The notes: generated from the sequence alone by a model not told the origin. Shown: positions 1 through 7,992, counted from the stretch's first letter. The stretch: 14,523 nt of DNA from Beijerinckiaceae bacterium (GCA_052148755.1 JBKQHN010000121.1:1-14523); one strand, 5' to 3'. Made by a program: numbers and translations.

Positions 1-972
1 GGTCGCACCATATTCAGGCGCCATATTTGCGATCGTGGCGCGATCGGCGAGCGACAGCGAGGCAAGGCCGGGACCGAAAAACTCCACGAATTTGCCGACG
101 ACGCCTTTTTTGCGCAGCATTTGGGTGGCGGTCAGGACGAGGTCCGTCGCGGTCACGCCTTCTTTGAGTTCGCCGTCGAGGCGGAAGCCGATTACTTCCG
201 GCAAAAGCATGGACAGCGGCTGCCCCAGCATGCAGGCCTCGGCCTCAATGCCGCCGACGCCCCACCCGAGCACGGAGAGGCCGTTGACCATGGTCGTATG
301 CGAATCGGTGCCGACAAGCGAATCAGGGTAGGCAACTTCGACGTTCTGCGCCTTGCCGCGGGCCGGGTTGAATTTTTCCTTACGGCTCCAGACGGTTTGC
401 GCGAGATATTCGAGATTGACTTGGTGGCAGATGCCGGTGTCGGGCGGGACGACGCGGAAATTGTCGAAGGCGTCCTGGCCCCATTTCAGAAAGCGGTAGC
501 GTTCGCCGTTTCGGCTATATTCGAGATCGACGTTTGTTTTGAAGGCCTTCGAATTACCGAAAGCATCCACGATGACGGAATGGTCGATGACGAGATCGAC
601 TGGCACCAGCGGATTGATCTTTTGCGGATCGCCGCCGAGTTGGCGCATCGCATCGCGCATCGCGGCGAGATCGACGACGCCGGGCACACCCGTGAAATCT
701 TGCATCAGCACGCGGGTCGGCCGAAACGCGATCTCGCGCTCGTCCTTACCCTTGTTGGCGAGCCAAGCGGCAACGGCTTCGATGTCCTGCTTGGTGACCG
801 TTCTGCCATCTTCGAAACGCAATAGATTTTCGAGCAGGATCTTCATCGAGAAGGGCAGCTGCGAAATACCTGCGAGCCCGTTCTTTTCAGCCGCCTTGAG
901 CGAGAAATAATGATAGGTCTTGCTGCCGACGTTGAGTTTTTTCCGGCATTTGAAACTATCGATCGAAGGCAT
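1..972 (-). CDS. acnA: aconitate hydratase (AcnA), N-terminal ~324 codons; 3' part lies beyond the window start
   Basis: The reverse-complement frame starting at ATG (complement of 970-972) is open to position 1. It translates to [33 protein letters not shown]...[23 protein letters not shown]...VDLVIDHSV...[16 protein letters not shown]...[26 protein letters not shown], the hallmark N-terminal region of aconitase A. It is absent from the ORF track because no stop falls inside the window. Divergent acnA/ccmA placement matches the Bradyrhizobium cycVWZX locus. Confidence 0.92.
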   Translation of the reverse strand, partial: MPSIDSFKCRKKLNVGSKTYHYFSLKAAEKNGLAGISQLPFSMKILLENLLRFEDGRTVTKQDIEAVAAWLANKGKDEREIAFRPTRVLMQDFTGVPGVVDLAAMRDAMRQLGGDPQKINPLVPVDLVIDHSVIVDAFGNSKAFKTNVDLEYSRNGERYRFLKWGQDAFDNFRVVPPDTGICHQVNLEYLAQTVWSRKEKFNPARGKAQNVEVAYPDSLVGTDSHTTMVNGLSVLGWGVGGIEAEACMLGQPLSMLLPEVIGFRLDGELKEGVTATDLVLTATQMLRKKGVVGKFVEFFGPGLASLSLADRATIANMAPEYGAT

Positions 973-1099
973 CTGCAACGTCCTGAACTGCTGTGGGGGA
1001 AAAATCGAGATTTCGGCTTATAGATAATTTCCCCGACAAGGGCTACAGGAACAAAAGTCCTCTTCGTCATCCCGCCAGCTCGCGAGTGCCAATCACATC
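973..1099. promoter_or_regulatory. divergent acnA / ccmA intergenic region, presumed promoters for both
   Basis: A 127-bp gap lies between two divergently oriented start codons. No specific -35/-10 or operator was identified with confidence. Confidence 0.3.
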
Positions 1100-1753
1100 A
1101 TGCATATCAAAGCGCGCGCTCTTCGCGTCGAACGCGGCGGGCGCAGGATTTTTGCCAATCTCTCCTTTTCGCTGGCATCCGGCGAGGCCCTGCTCGTCAC
1201 GGGTCCGAACGGTGCCGGCAAATCGACGCTGCTGCGTGCGCTCGCCGGGCTGCTGCCGCTCGCCGCAGGGGAAATCGCCCTTGAGCGGTCGGGCGACTTG
1301 GAGCCGCCAGGTGACTTGGAGCTGGCGGTGCTCTGCCATTATGTCGGCCACGCCGACGCCTTGAAGGCAAGTCTGACTGTTGTCGAAAACCTCGCCTTCT
1401 GGTCGGCCATGCTCGCGATCGCCGGGCGCGCGCATGAGCCTCGGTTCGGCGGGGCCGCTCCGATACATTTGGACGCGGCCCTCGCGCGGCTCGGCCTCGA
1501 CCATATCGCCGATTTGCCGGCCGCCTATCTTTCAGCTGGGCAGAAACGGCGCGCCGCACTCGCGCGGCTGTTGACCGTGCAAAGGCCAATGTGGCTCCTC
1601 GACGAGCCGCTGACGGCCCTCGACGCGGCTGCACAAACCGGCCTCACGGCCCTGATCAAGGCGCATTTGGCGGCGGGCGGAATGCTCATCGCTGCAACTC
1701 ACGCGCCGCTCGAGATCGGCGCGCGCAAGCTTGAACTCGGCGGTCGAGCATGA
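1100..1753 (+). CDS. ccmA: heme exporter ATP-binding protein CcmA (ABC ATPase)
   Basis: ATG at 1100. Walker A GPNGAGKST (nt ~1202-1228), ABC signature LSAGQKRR and Walker B LWLLDEP. Full-length similarity to E. coli CcmA. The stop overlaps the ccmB start (ATGA at 1750). Confidence 0.9.
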   Translation: MHIKARALRVERGGRRIFANLSFSLASGEALLVTGPNGAGKSTLLRALAGLLPLAAGEIALERSGDLEPPGDLELAVLCHYVGHADALKASLTVVENLAFWSAMLAIAGRAHEPRFGGAAPIHLDAALARLGLDHIADLPAAYLSAGQKRRAALARLLTVQRPMWLLDEPLTALDAAAQTGLTALIKAHLAAGGMLIAATHAPLEIGARKLELGGRA

Positions 1754-2448
1754 GCCAGTCCGGCGCGCCGCGCTCGAACATTGCCGCGCTCACGCTGCGT
1801 GAATTGCGCATCGGCCGCAGGATCGGCGGCGCGGCGAGCTTGGGCGTCGTCTTCTTTCTCTGTCTGGTTGCCATCACGCCTTTCGCCATAGGCCCCGATC
1901 TCGCGCTTTTGCGGCGAATCGGGCCGGCGATCTTATGGATAGCCGCTCTTCTTGCGACCTTGCTCGGGCTCGACCGATTGTTTCAAGCCGACAGCGAAGA
2001 CGGCTCGCTCGACCTCGTTTTCATGAGCGAGATGCCGCTCGAACTGGTGGTGCTCATCAAATGCCTGGCGCATTGGCTCTTGACCGGCGTGCCGCGCGTC
2101 GCCGCAAGCCCCAATTTAGGGCTGATGCTAGGTCTCGAGCCGCCGGCCCTTGCTCCGATCACGGTCTCGCTCCTCGTCGGGACGCCGGCTCTGACCTTGA
2201 TCGGCGCGATCGGCGCAGCCTTGACCGTGGGCTTGCGACGCGGCGGCCTCCTGCTCGCGGTATTGATCCTGCCTCTGTCCGTGCCCGTCCTGATCTTCGG
2301 TGTTTCGGCCGCATCCGCCGGCGGCGCAGGCGCCGGCAGCCCCATGTCCTTTGCGACGCCTTTTCTTATCCTATGCGCGCTCAGTCTGGGAGCGCTGGCT
2401 GTCGCGCCTTTCGCGGCGGCGCTGGCCTTGCGGCATGCGCAAGACTGA
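1750..2448 (+). CDS. ccmB: heme exporter membrane protein CcmB
   Basis: 232-aa polytopic membrane protein. Conserved CcmB blocks are present: DGSLDL, ALTVGLRRGG, PLSVPVLIFG. It has a 4-bp overlap with ccmA. Confidence 0.88.
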   Translation: MSQSGAPRSNIAALTLRELRIGRRIGGAASLGVVFFLCLVAITPFAIGPDLALLRRIGPAILWIAALLATLLGLDRLFQADSEDGSLDLVFMSEMPLELVVLIKCLAHWLLTGVPRVAASPNLGLMLGLEPPALAPITVSLLVGTPALTLIGAIGAALTVGLRRGGLLLAVLILPLSVPVLIFGVSAASAGGAGAGSPMSFATPFLILCALSLGALAVAPFAAALALRHAQD

Positions 2449-2496
2449 GGGCTAGTCTTAGAGCGAATGGGTGAACAACGGCGCCTGCCTTCAAAC

Positions 2497-3135
2497 TCAC
2501 ATCGGCGGCGTCAAACCGTCGCGGCCGATGGATATGGCGGCGGCTTCCAAGCCCCCATCTTCGCCCTTCTTCAGACCGAAGAGGATTGCCTTATTGCCGG
2601 GCTTGAGATCGTCGGGCCGGGACTCGGTAAAGGCGACGATCGTTGTGTCCGGCGGGACTTCAATCTTTGCCATAGCACCTTTGAAGGAGAGGGTCAGGTC
2701 CTCGCCTTCGACCGCGGCGACGCGCAGATCGATATTGCCGTTCGTCATCGTCGTCTGCGGCGCAAGGTCCCAGGGACGCTGGCCCTCACCGGTGCCGCGC
2801 ATGGCCTCCGGGAAAACGTGGATCTCGAGAGCCTTCTGGCCGCCTTTGTCGTTGGGCACGCTGGTGATGCCGACGAAGGTGCCGGGCTTGACGTCGGCGA
2901 GCGAGGCCTTGATCAAGGCGTTGATCCGCACTTTCTCGACGAGCCTCACTTTCAGGCTCGCGCCTTCCCGCGGCTTGATCACCAACAACTGGCCGTCGAC
3001 CGATTGGATCGTGCCGCGCAGGCGTGCCGGCGGCGCGTCCTGCCCAAAAGCTGGAAAAAACCCGCCAAACAAGGCACAGCCGAACAATAATGCGAATGCC
3101 ACCGCCTGCTGGCGAACATGGGAAAAGAAAGCCAC
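2497..3135 (-). CDS. hypothetical secreted/periplasmic protein with two tandem ~80-aa beta-rich repeats (DUF5666-like?), oppositely oriented inside the ccm cluster
   Basis: GTG start at 3135 with GGAG 8-11 nt upstream. N-terminal signal peptide MAFFSHVRQQAVAFALLFGCALFGGFFPAFG|QDAPP. The two halves share the pattern DG.L.lK...G..l.V.L.......I.......D+KPG..V.......DG.L.A..I. The family name comes from memory and is not verified. Confidence 0.7.
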   Translation of the reverse strand: MAFFSHVRQQAVAFALLFGCALFGGFFPAFGQDAPPARLRGTIQSVDGQLLVIKPREGASLKVRLVEKVRINALIKASLADVKPGTFVGITSVPNDKGGQKALEIHVFPEAMRGTGEGQRPWDLAPQTTMTNGNIDLRVAAVEGEDLTLSFKGAMAKIEVPPDTTIVAFTESRPDDLKPGNKAILFGLKKGEDGGLEAAAISIGRDGLTPPM

Positions 3136-3315
3136 GATGTCATCTCCGCCTAGAGTGCCTCACTCCGCGCGCAAGGTCGGCGGCTGCCTAGCACTCGAGA
3201 GCGCGCACTCCCATTCACATTGCCGCGACCTTCCACTTTAGCCGCTACCTTGGCCGAGCGGCCGGCCCGGCGGGCAGCCATTGAAGCGGGCGCATTTGCA
3301 GTTTATAGGAGAAAT
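3136..3315. promoter_or_regulatory. divergent promoter region between the secreted-protein gene and ccmC
   Basis: A 180-bp gap separates divergent starts. Because ccmB and ccmC are separated by an opposite-strand gene, ccmC needs its own promoter here. Confidence 0.3.
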
Positions 3316-4074
3316 ATGCTCAACCCCGCCGTTCCATCCGATTTTATCAGAATTGCCCGCTTCCTCGTTCCGGCGGCGGCAGTCGTCACGGCGGTTCTTT
3401 TCGCGATCGGGCTCTATCTCACCTTTTTTGTCGCGCCGGCCGATTATCAGCAAGGCGAGACAGTCAAGATCATGTATCTGCACGTGCCCGCAGCCTGGCT
3501 TTCCATGTTCATCTATGCGGTGATGACATCGGCGGCGCTCGGCACGCTGGTCTTCCGGCATCCGCTCGCCGATGCGGCGCAAAGGGCCGCGGCACCGCTT
3601 GGCGCCGGCTTTACCCTTTTGTGTCTCGTCACCGGTTCGCTCTGGGGCAGGCCCATGTGGGGGGCCTGGTGGGTATGGGATGCGCGGCTGACCTCGGTCC
3701 TCGTCCTGTTTCTGATTTACCTCGGCCTGATCGCTTTATGGCAGACGGTCGAGGATTTCGGCCGTGCCGCCCGGCTGGCGGCAATTTTCACGTTGGTCGG
3801 AGCGATCAACATTCCGATCATCAAATTCTCTGTCGACTGGTGGAATACTTTGCATCAGCCGGCCTCGGTGTTCCGCATCGGCGGCCCGGCCGTTGCGCCG
3901 AGCATGTTGTGGCCGCTCTTGATCATGGCGGTGGCCTTCACCTTTCTGTTTTTGACGCTGCATGTCATGGCTATTCGCAATGAAATCCTGCGCCGGCGGA
4001 TACGCAGACTGTCGCTCCTCGCAGCGAGCGCCAGCGACAGGATCGAAAACGGCATTCCGGAGCTGGCCGAATGA
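3316..4074 (+). CDS. ccmC: heme exporter protein CcmC (heme-handling, WWD domain)
   Basis: ATG at 3316 is preceded by AGGAG (3307-3311). The ORF-track start at 3220 is a TTG with no RBS and adds a non-homologous extension. The Trp-rich motif WGRPMWGAWWVWDARLTS and the conserved His-bearing blocks YLHVPAAW and WWNTLHQ are present. Confidence 0.88.
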   Translation: MLNPAVPSDFIRIARFLVPAAAVVTAVLFAIGLYLTFFVAPADYQQGETVKIMYLHVPAAWLSMFIYAVMTSAALGTLVFRHPLADAAQRAAAPLGAGFTLLCLVTGSLWGRPMWGAWWVWDARLTSVLVLFLIYLGLIALWQTVEDFGRAARLAAIFTLVGAINIPIIKFSVDWWNTLHQPASVFRIGGPAVAPSMLWPLLIMAVAFTFLFLTLHVMAIRNEILRRRIRRLSLLAASASDRIENGIPELAE

Positions 4075-4232
4075 ATTCCGACCCGCATTTCGGCTTCATC
4101 CTCGCGGCCTATATCGCCGGGCTCGTCGTTATCGGCACAATGATCTTCATGATTGTGGCGGACTACGCGAGCCTGAAGAAAACTTTGGCGCGGTTTACCG
4201 CCCGCATGGGGTCGGATCCCGATCCCTCTTGA
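4071..4232 (+). CDS. ccmD: heme exporter protein CcmD (small membrane protein), not in the supplied ORF track
   Basis: ATG at 4071 overlaps the ccmC stop (ATGA). The 53-codon product is MNSDPHFGFILAAYIAGLVVIGTMIFMIVADYASLKKTLARFTARMGSDPDPS, with a single TM helix and a positively charged tail, typical of CcmD. Its position between ccmC and ccmG matches canonical synteny. Confidence 0.7.
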   Translation: MNSDPHFGFILAAYIAGLVVIGTMIFMIVADYASLKKTLARFTARMGSDPDPS

Positions 4233-4260
4233 GCTCTCGCCGAACAAAAGGGCTGGCACG

Positions 4261-4872
4261 ATGACGGGTCCTTCGAGCCAAGAGGATGGTGCCGATCGCA
4301 GGGTGGAGCGCGCCCGACGGCCGGTACTGGCGTTCCTGCCCGTCATCATTTTCGCCGGCCTTGTAGTTTTGTTGTTGTTCCGCCTCTTTGCTGGCGATGC
4401 CTCGCGTCTGCCATCGGCGCTGATCGGCAGCAAAGTGCCCAGTTTCAATTTGGCCGCGGTCGAGGGGCTCGCAAACAAGCCGGGGCTTTCCGATGCGGAC
4501 CTGCGGCAGGGCCATGTGACGCTGGTGAATGTCTTCGCCTCGTGGTGCGTACCGTGCCATACGGAACATGCCGTTTTGGCTCTGATTGCCAAAGACGCCA
4601 AGCTCGCGGCGGAAGGCGTCAGCCTCGTCGGCATCGCATATAAGGATGAGCCGGCCAATACGAATCGATTTCTCGCGCAGGAAGGCGACCCCTACGGCAA
4701 AATCGGAGCCGACCGCAGCGGCATGACGGGGATCGATTTCGGCGTCTACGGCGTGCCGGAAACCTTCATCGTCAAAGGGGATGGCACGATCGCCTATAAA
4801 TTCATCGGTCCGATGAGCGAAGAGTCCCTGCGCGACACGGTTTTGCCGGAGATCGAAAAAGCCCGACAGTAA
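4261..4872 (+). CDS. ccmG: periplasmic thiol:disulfide oxidoreductase CcmG/DsbE (cytochrome c biogenesis)
   Basis: N-terminal membrane anchor followed by a thioredoxin fold with active site WCVPC (nt 4543-4557). C-terminal GVYGVPETFIV matches the CcmG family. Confidence 0.88.
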   Translation: MTGPSSQEDGADRRVERARRPVLAFLPVIIFAGLVVLLLFRLFAGDASRLPSALIGSKVPSFNLAAVEGLANKPGLSDADLRQGHVTLVNVFASWCVPCHTEHAVLALIAKDAKLAAEGVSLVGIAYKDEPANTNRFLAQEGDPYGKIGADRSGMTGIDFGVYGVPETFIVKGDGTIAYKFIGPMSEESLRDTVLPEIEKARQ

Positions 4873-4939
4873 CGTTCAGACGAAGAATCCTAAACAACTT
4901 GTCTCCAGTGGCAGGCAGCCCGCCGGCGCGACCGCGGTC

Positions 4940-5497
4940 TCAGCAGGAGGAGCCGTTATAAGGGATAGTCGTCGAGAGCCGTGGACTGAGATAAATCTGA
5001 TCATAGATATTGATTGGGCCCGTCAATTTATAGCCGAGCGACGGCGTATAGGTATATTGCGCCTGCCCCCAAATATAGGTCGCACTGGGTTGCCGAAGCG
5101 AGGTCGGCAGGGTCACGGTCGAACCCACAGTAATCGACGACGAGGTGCTCCAGCAGACGGTGGCGACGCTGCTGGCATTGGTCTTCACCTCCGTGACGGA
5201 AAAAGTCAGATTGGTGCTCGAATAAGGCGCCATGATTGCCGAAGTTGCGCCGAGAATGGTGCTCATCTGCGCCGCCGTAATGGTCGAATATTGCGTGACC
5301 AGGTCCGCGACAGTATGCGCGGTCAAAGTTACTTTGCGGCTGACCGAGACGGCGTTGCTGATCTCTATGCCGCCTAACAGCAAGGCAACCATGAAGGGAA
5401 GCACGAGCGCGAATTCGACCGCCGCAATCGCATGTTCGTGGCTGCGGAAGTTGCTAAGTCGGGTGCGGATGGCTAGAGCCCCGGAAGAAAGACTCAT
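4940..5497 (-). CDS. TadE/TadF-like pilus-assembly pseudopilin (Flp/Tad system minor pilin-like)
   Basis: Start chosen at ATG 5497, which overlaps the stop of the upstream gene (ATGA). The ORF-track start at 5599 adds 34 aa with no support. N-terminal TadE motif AIAAVEFALVLPFMVALLLGGIEI, followed by a Ser/Thr/Tyr-rich beta-rich C-terminus. Confidence 0.75.
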   Translation of the reverse strand: MSLSSGALAIRTRLSNFRSHEHAIAAVEFALVLPFMVALLLGGIEISNAVSVSRKVTLTAHTVADLVTQYSTITAAQMSTILGATSAIMAPYSSTNLTFSVTEVKTNASSVATVCWSTSSSITVGSTVTLPTSLRQPSATYIWGQAQYTYTPSLGYKLTGPINIYDQIYLSPRLSTTIPYNGSSC

Positions 5498-6111
5498 TGG
5501 TAAGGCTCGTTCCTGAAAACGGCGGTCGCCATGAGCAGACGGTTGCCGTTCGAGAGATTGGAAAGCTTGAAGCCGAGCGGCCCTTTCACGAGCGGCCATT
5601 GATACATCACGCGCATGACGACGATATCGCCCGGATTCCCCGGCTCATAGAGCCAAGTATTGGTCACCGCACCACCGCTGCCAAAGGTCAGTGTCGGCGC
5701 AGAGATGACGGCGCTGGAAAATGCGGTTGCCGTTTCCACGTCGATCATCAGATTGTTGCAATTGAAGAAAGCGTAAATCTGGTTGCAAACTTTCGTGGCG
5801 AATTGCGTTTGCGTCAGGCTGGCGTTCTGCGCTTGCCCGGTCAAGATAAGGCGGCCGGCTTGCTCGGTGGCAGTTTCGAGCTGCTGCTGCGCCATGAAGA
5901 TGACCGCAGTCTGGATAATGGCAAAAACCAGCCCGAGAAACGGCAATGAGACCATCGCGTATTCGACAGCAGCGGAGCCGTTCGTGCAGCGGAAGAATCT
6001 CGCAAGCGCTGACTGCCGGCGGCTGCGATGAGACAGCCGGGGCTCGAGGGCCGCAAACATGGTTAAGGAACTCCAAAGCATCCAACTGTCCCTGCCGAAA
6101 AAGCGGGCCAC
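5494..6111 (-). CDS. TadE-like pseudopilin, second paralogue; start codon uncertain (GTG at 6111 or internal ATG)
   Basis: Contains SAAVEYAMVSLPFLGLVFAIIQTAVIFMAQQQLETATEQAGR, the TadE-like N-terminal domain. It has a 4-bp overlap with the downstream TadE-like gene, suggesting co-transcription. Confidence 0.7.
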   Translation of the reverse strand: MARFFGRDSWMLWSSLTMFAALEPRLSHRSRRQSALARFFRCTNGSAAVEYAMVSLPFLGLVFAIIQTAVIFMAQQQLETATEQAGRLILTGQAQNASLTQTQFATKVCNQIYAFFNCNNLMIDVETATAFSSAVISAPTLTFGSGGAVTNTWLYEPGNPGDIVVMRVMYQWPLVKGPLGFKLSNLSNGNRLLMATAVFRNEPYQ

Positions 6112-6273
6112 TTTTCTGCGCTATGTTGGAGAAAAGCTAACGGACAAGGCTTGCTCAATAGTTACATCAGATGGAGAAACCGGCGGTTTGGTTACTTAAA
6201 CCGGTCATATTTTTGCCGGTCGAAGCTGGCGCGCAGGCCCGCGCTCGTTCGCTTCGCCTGAAAAAAGGCTTGG

Positions 6274-7437
6274 CTAATCCTGCGGGTTCTTGTCCGCGTC
6301 CTCGCCGAGCCGCACGAGCCCGCGCAGCAGAGCGTCGAACCCTTGTCCAGACCCCGTGGTATGGAGATCGATGCGGCCAACCTTCTCGACGAGTTTTTCG
6401 AGCGTTTCAATCTCCTTCAGGCGCAAAAGCAGCGGATTGTTTTCCATGAGCCGAGCCGTGTTGAGCAGCGATCGCGTTGCCGCAGTTTCCTCCTGCCTGC
6501 GGATCAAATTGGCCTTTGCGAGGCGCTCGGCCTCGATCACTTTGTTGACGAGTTCGCGAATATCGCCCGGCAGAATGATATCCTTGATCCCAAGTTCGAG
6601 CATAGTCACACCGAGTTCCGCTGTACGTGCGTCGACATAGGCGTGCACATCCGTATCGATCGCTTCCCGTGCCGCGAGAATTTCGTCGAGCGTGCGCGAA
6701 GCGATCGCCTCGCGGATCGCGAATTGAACCAGCCGATAAAGCGTATTCGTCAAATCGACTGCTGCGCCGGCGGATTTTTCGACATCTTCGATACGGTAGA
6801 AGGCGGTGAGCGTAATGCGCAGTGCGATCCTATCTTTGGTGAGTATTTCTTGCGCCGTCACTTCGATCGGCTGCGGCCGAAGATCGAATTTCTGTACTGC
6901 AATTTTATGTTCGACTTGCCAGAAGACGTGTCGCCCCGGCGCGAGCCTTTCGGTGATGACGCCGTCAACGGAGAGAAGGCCGGCTTCGAAAGCACCGATC
7001 TGCACGTCGACGACATGCGTAGATTTGGCAAGCGCGTGCCGGTCGGCAAGAGCCGGATCGAGCCTTATTTCACTCAATGAGAGGCGCTCGACGGTCACCC
7101 GCGTGACGCATTTCCATACGGCTATGGGATTGCGCCACCAGACGTATTTGGCGATGTCGCCATCGAAACAGACGAAGGCAAACTCGCCCGGTTCCGTCCG
7201 AACGACCTCGAAATAGGTCGCGACGACATCCGGCGCGATCGCTTCGAGCAGCGATATCCGCTCGAGCGGGAAGTCGGCGCGGACGACTTTGAAAGTTTCG
7301 ACGGCAACGCGCTTCAGCGGATCAAAAATTCGATGCCGGCCGGGTTCGAGCACACGCTGGAAACGCCCGTCCCGAAATACAAATGCTCGTTCTTCGTCTT
7401 TCACGACGGTTTCGAGATAAAACAGCGACCGCGACAT
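6274..7437 (-). CDS. SPFH/band-7 (stomatin/HflC-like, 'slipin') family protein, no predicted TM segment, with a duplicated N-terminal half-domain
   Basis: ATG at 7437. The C-terminal ~240 aa form a canonical SPFH domain: VTAQEILTKDRIALRITLTAFYRI...MLELGIKDIILPGDIRELVNKVIEAERLAKANLIRRQEE...LLRLKEIETLEKL. L[EA]PGRH occurs twice (LEPGRHRIFDP and LAPGRHVFWQV), indicating an internal repeat of the first SPFH beta-segment. Confidence 0.85.
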   Translation of the reverse strand: MSRSLFYLETVVKDEERAFVFRDGRFQRVLEPGRHRIFDPLKRVAVETFKVVRADFPLERISLLEAIAPDVVATYFEVVRTEPGEFAFVCFDGDIAKYVWWRNPIAVWKCVTRVTVERLSLSEIRLDPALADRHALAKSTHVVDVQIGAFEAGLLSVDGVITERLAPGRHVFWQVEHKIAVQKFDLRPQPIEVTAQEILTKDRIALRITLTAFYRIEDVEKSAGAAVDLTNTLYRLVQFAIREAIASRTLDEILAAREAIDTDVHAYVDARTAELGVTMLELGIKDIILPGDIRELVNKVIEAERLAKANLIRRQEETAATRSLLNTARLMENNPLLLRLKEIETLEKLVEKVGRIDLHTTGSGQGFDALLRGLVRLGEDADKNPQD

Positions 7438-7992
7438 TGACCCACTCGATCATTTTATATCGGTTTGCTCAAGAAAAGGTCGCCGATCCGCCTCTCACGC
7501 ACCACAACGGGCCGGACTTTGAGACACCGCGGGCCACCTTTCGTTCCCGGTCATACGCACCCCGAAAGGCACGAACAGCCGGGCCGGCAGGTTTTCCGCG
7601 GCATCGGTATCCAGCTCGGCGCAGGCGGCGGCCGCGCTTGCCGTCATACCCAGGCTCGGCCGAAGCTTCCCCCGAAACACGACAGCCGAGATGACGAACC
7701 GGCTTCCTTTGCTGGTTGGCCAGATGAACAGTCTGGTGCTCGTATCCGCGAGCGCGGGGGGAGTCGAACCCCAAACAAGATGGAAAATCTTGCGCTCACC
7801 ACGAGCGAAGCAATCGGTGCGGAACACGAAACCGCAGAGCGGCCCGCGCCAGCCGGGCGCGAACAAACCCGGACCCGAGGCGACCGATCACGTCGTAATC
7901 GTAGCAGGTCTCCGCAGGCGTGCAACTTGCTTGATTGACAGGGTGGTAAGCGGCTGAAACAAAACGCCGGCTTCGCAACAGGGATTTTCAGC
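7438..7992. promoter_or_regulatory. unusually long (555 bp) divergent intergenic region between SPFH gene and transglutaminase-family gene; may harbour a small ORF (see findings)
   Basis: No recognisable known gene. Contains divergent promoters by necessity. The candidate 123-codon minus-strand ORF at 7495-7866 has only a TTG start. Confidence 0.3.

Noticed and set aside
35-1070. Plus-strand ORFs 35-331, 121-825, 539-910 and minus ORFs 486-689, 843-1070 at the left edge
   Set aside because: The minus-strand frame that reads through to position 1 encodes an unmistakable aconitase N-terminus. The other ORFs are its shadows.
3220-3315. Upstream TTG extension of ccmC (ORF-track start 3220)
   Set aside because: The extension (MPRPSTLAATLAERPARRAAIEAGAFAVYRRN) has no CcmC homology and no RBS. 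The ATG at 3316 has AGGAG 5 nt upstream and aligns with CcmC N-termini.
3855-4658. 267-aa minus-strand ORF spanning ccmC 3' end, ccmD and ccmG 5' end
   Set aside because: It is antisense to three homology-supported genes. Its R/S/A-rich translation has no domain.
5497-5599. 34-aa upstream extension of the first TadE-like gene (ORF-track start 5599)
   Set aside because: The ATG at 5497 forms an ATGA overlap with the upstream TadE-like gene's stop. TadE N-termini place the AAVEFA motif ~20-25 aa from the start, which fits 5497.
6184-6214. Hairpin cggttt-ggttactt-aaaccg followed by a T-rich run on the plus strand in the SPFH/TadE intergenic gap
   Set aside because: The orientation would terminate plus-strand transcription, but both flanking genes are on the minus strand. 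It may be part of the TadE-like promoter region or chance.
6171-7080. ORFs 6171-6449 (+), 6192-6410 (-), 6343-7080 (+), 6806-7216 (+) around or inside the SPFH gene
   Set aside because: All overlap the well-supported SPFH/band-7 CDS in other frames or on the other strand and have low-complexity R/S-rich translations.
7757-7773. tRNA T-arm-like motif (reverse complement GGGG-TTCGACT-CCCC), possible tRNA remnant or integration att site
   Set aside because: No acceptor stem with a CCA-compatible 3' end and no anticodon or D arm could be built from the surrounding sequence. The sampled region shows coding-like periodicity instead. Most likely a chance match.
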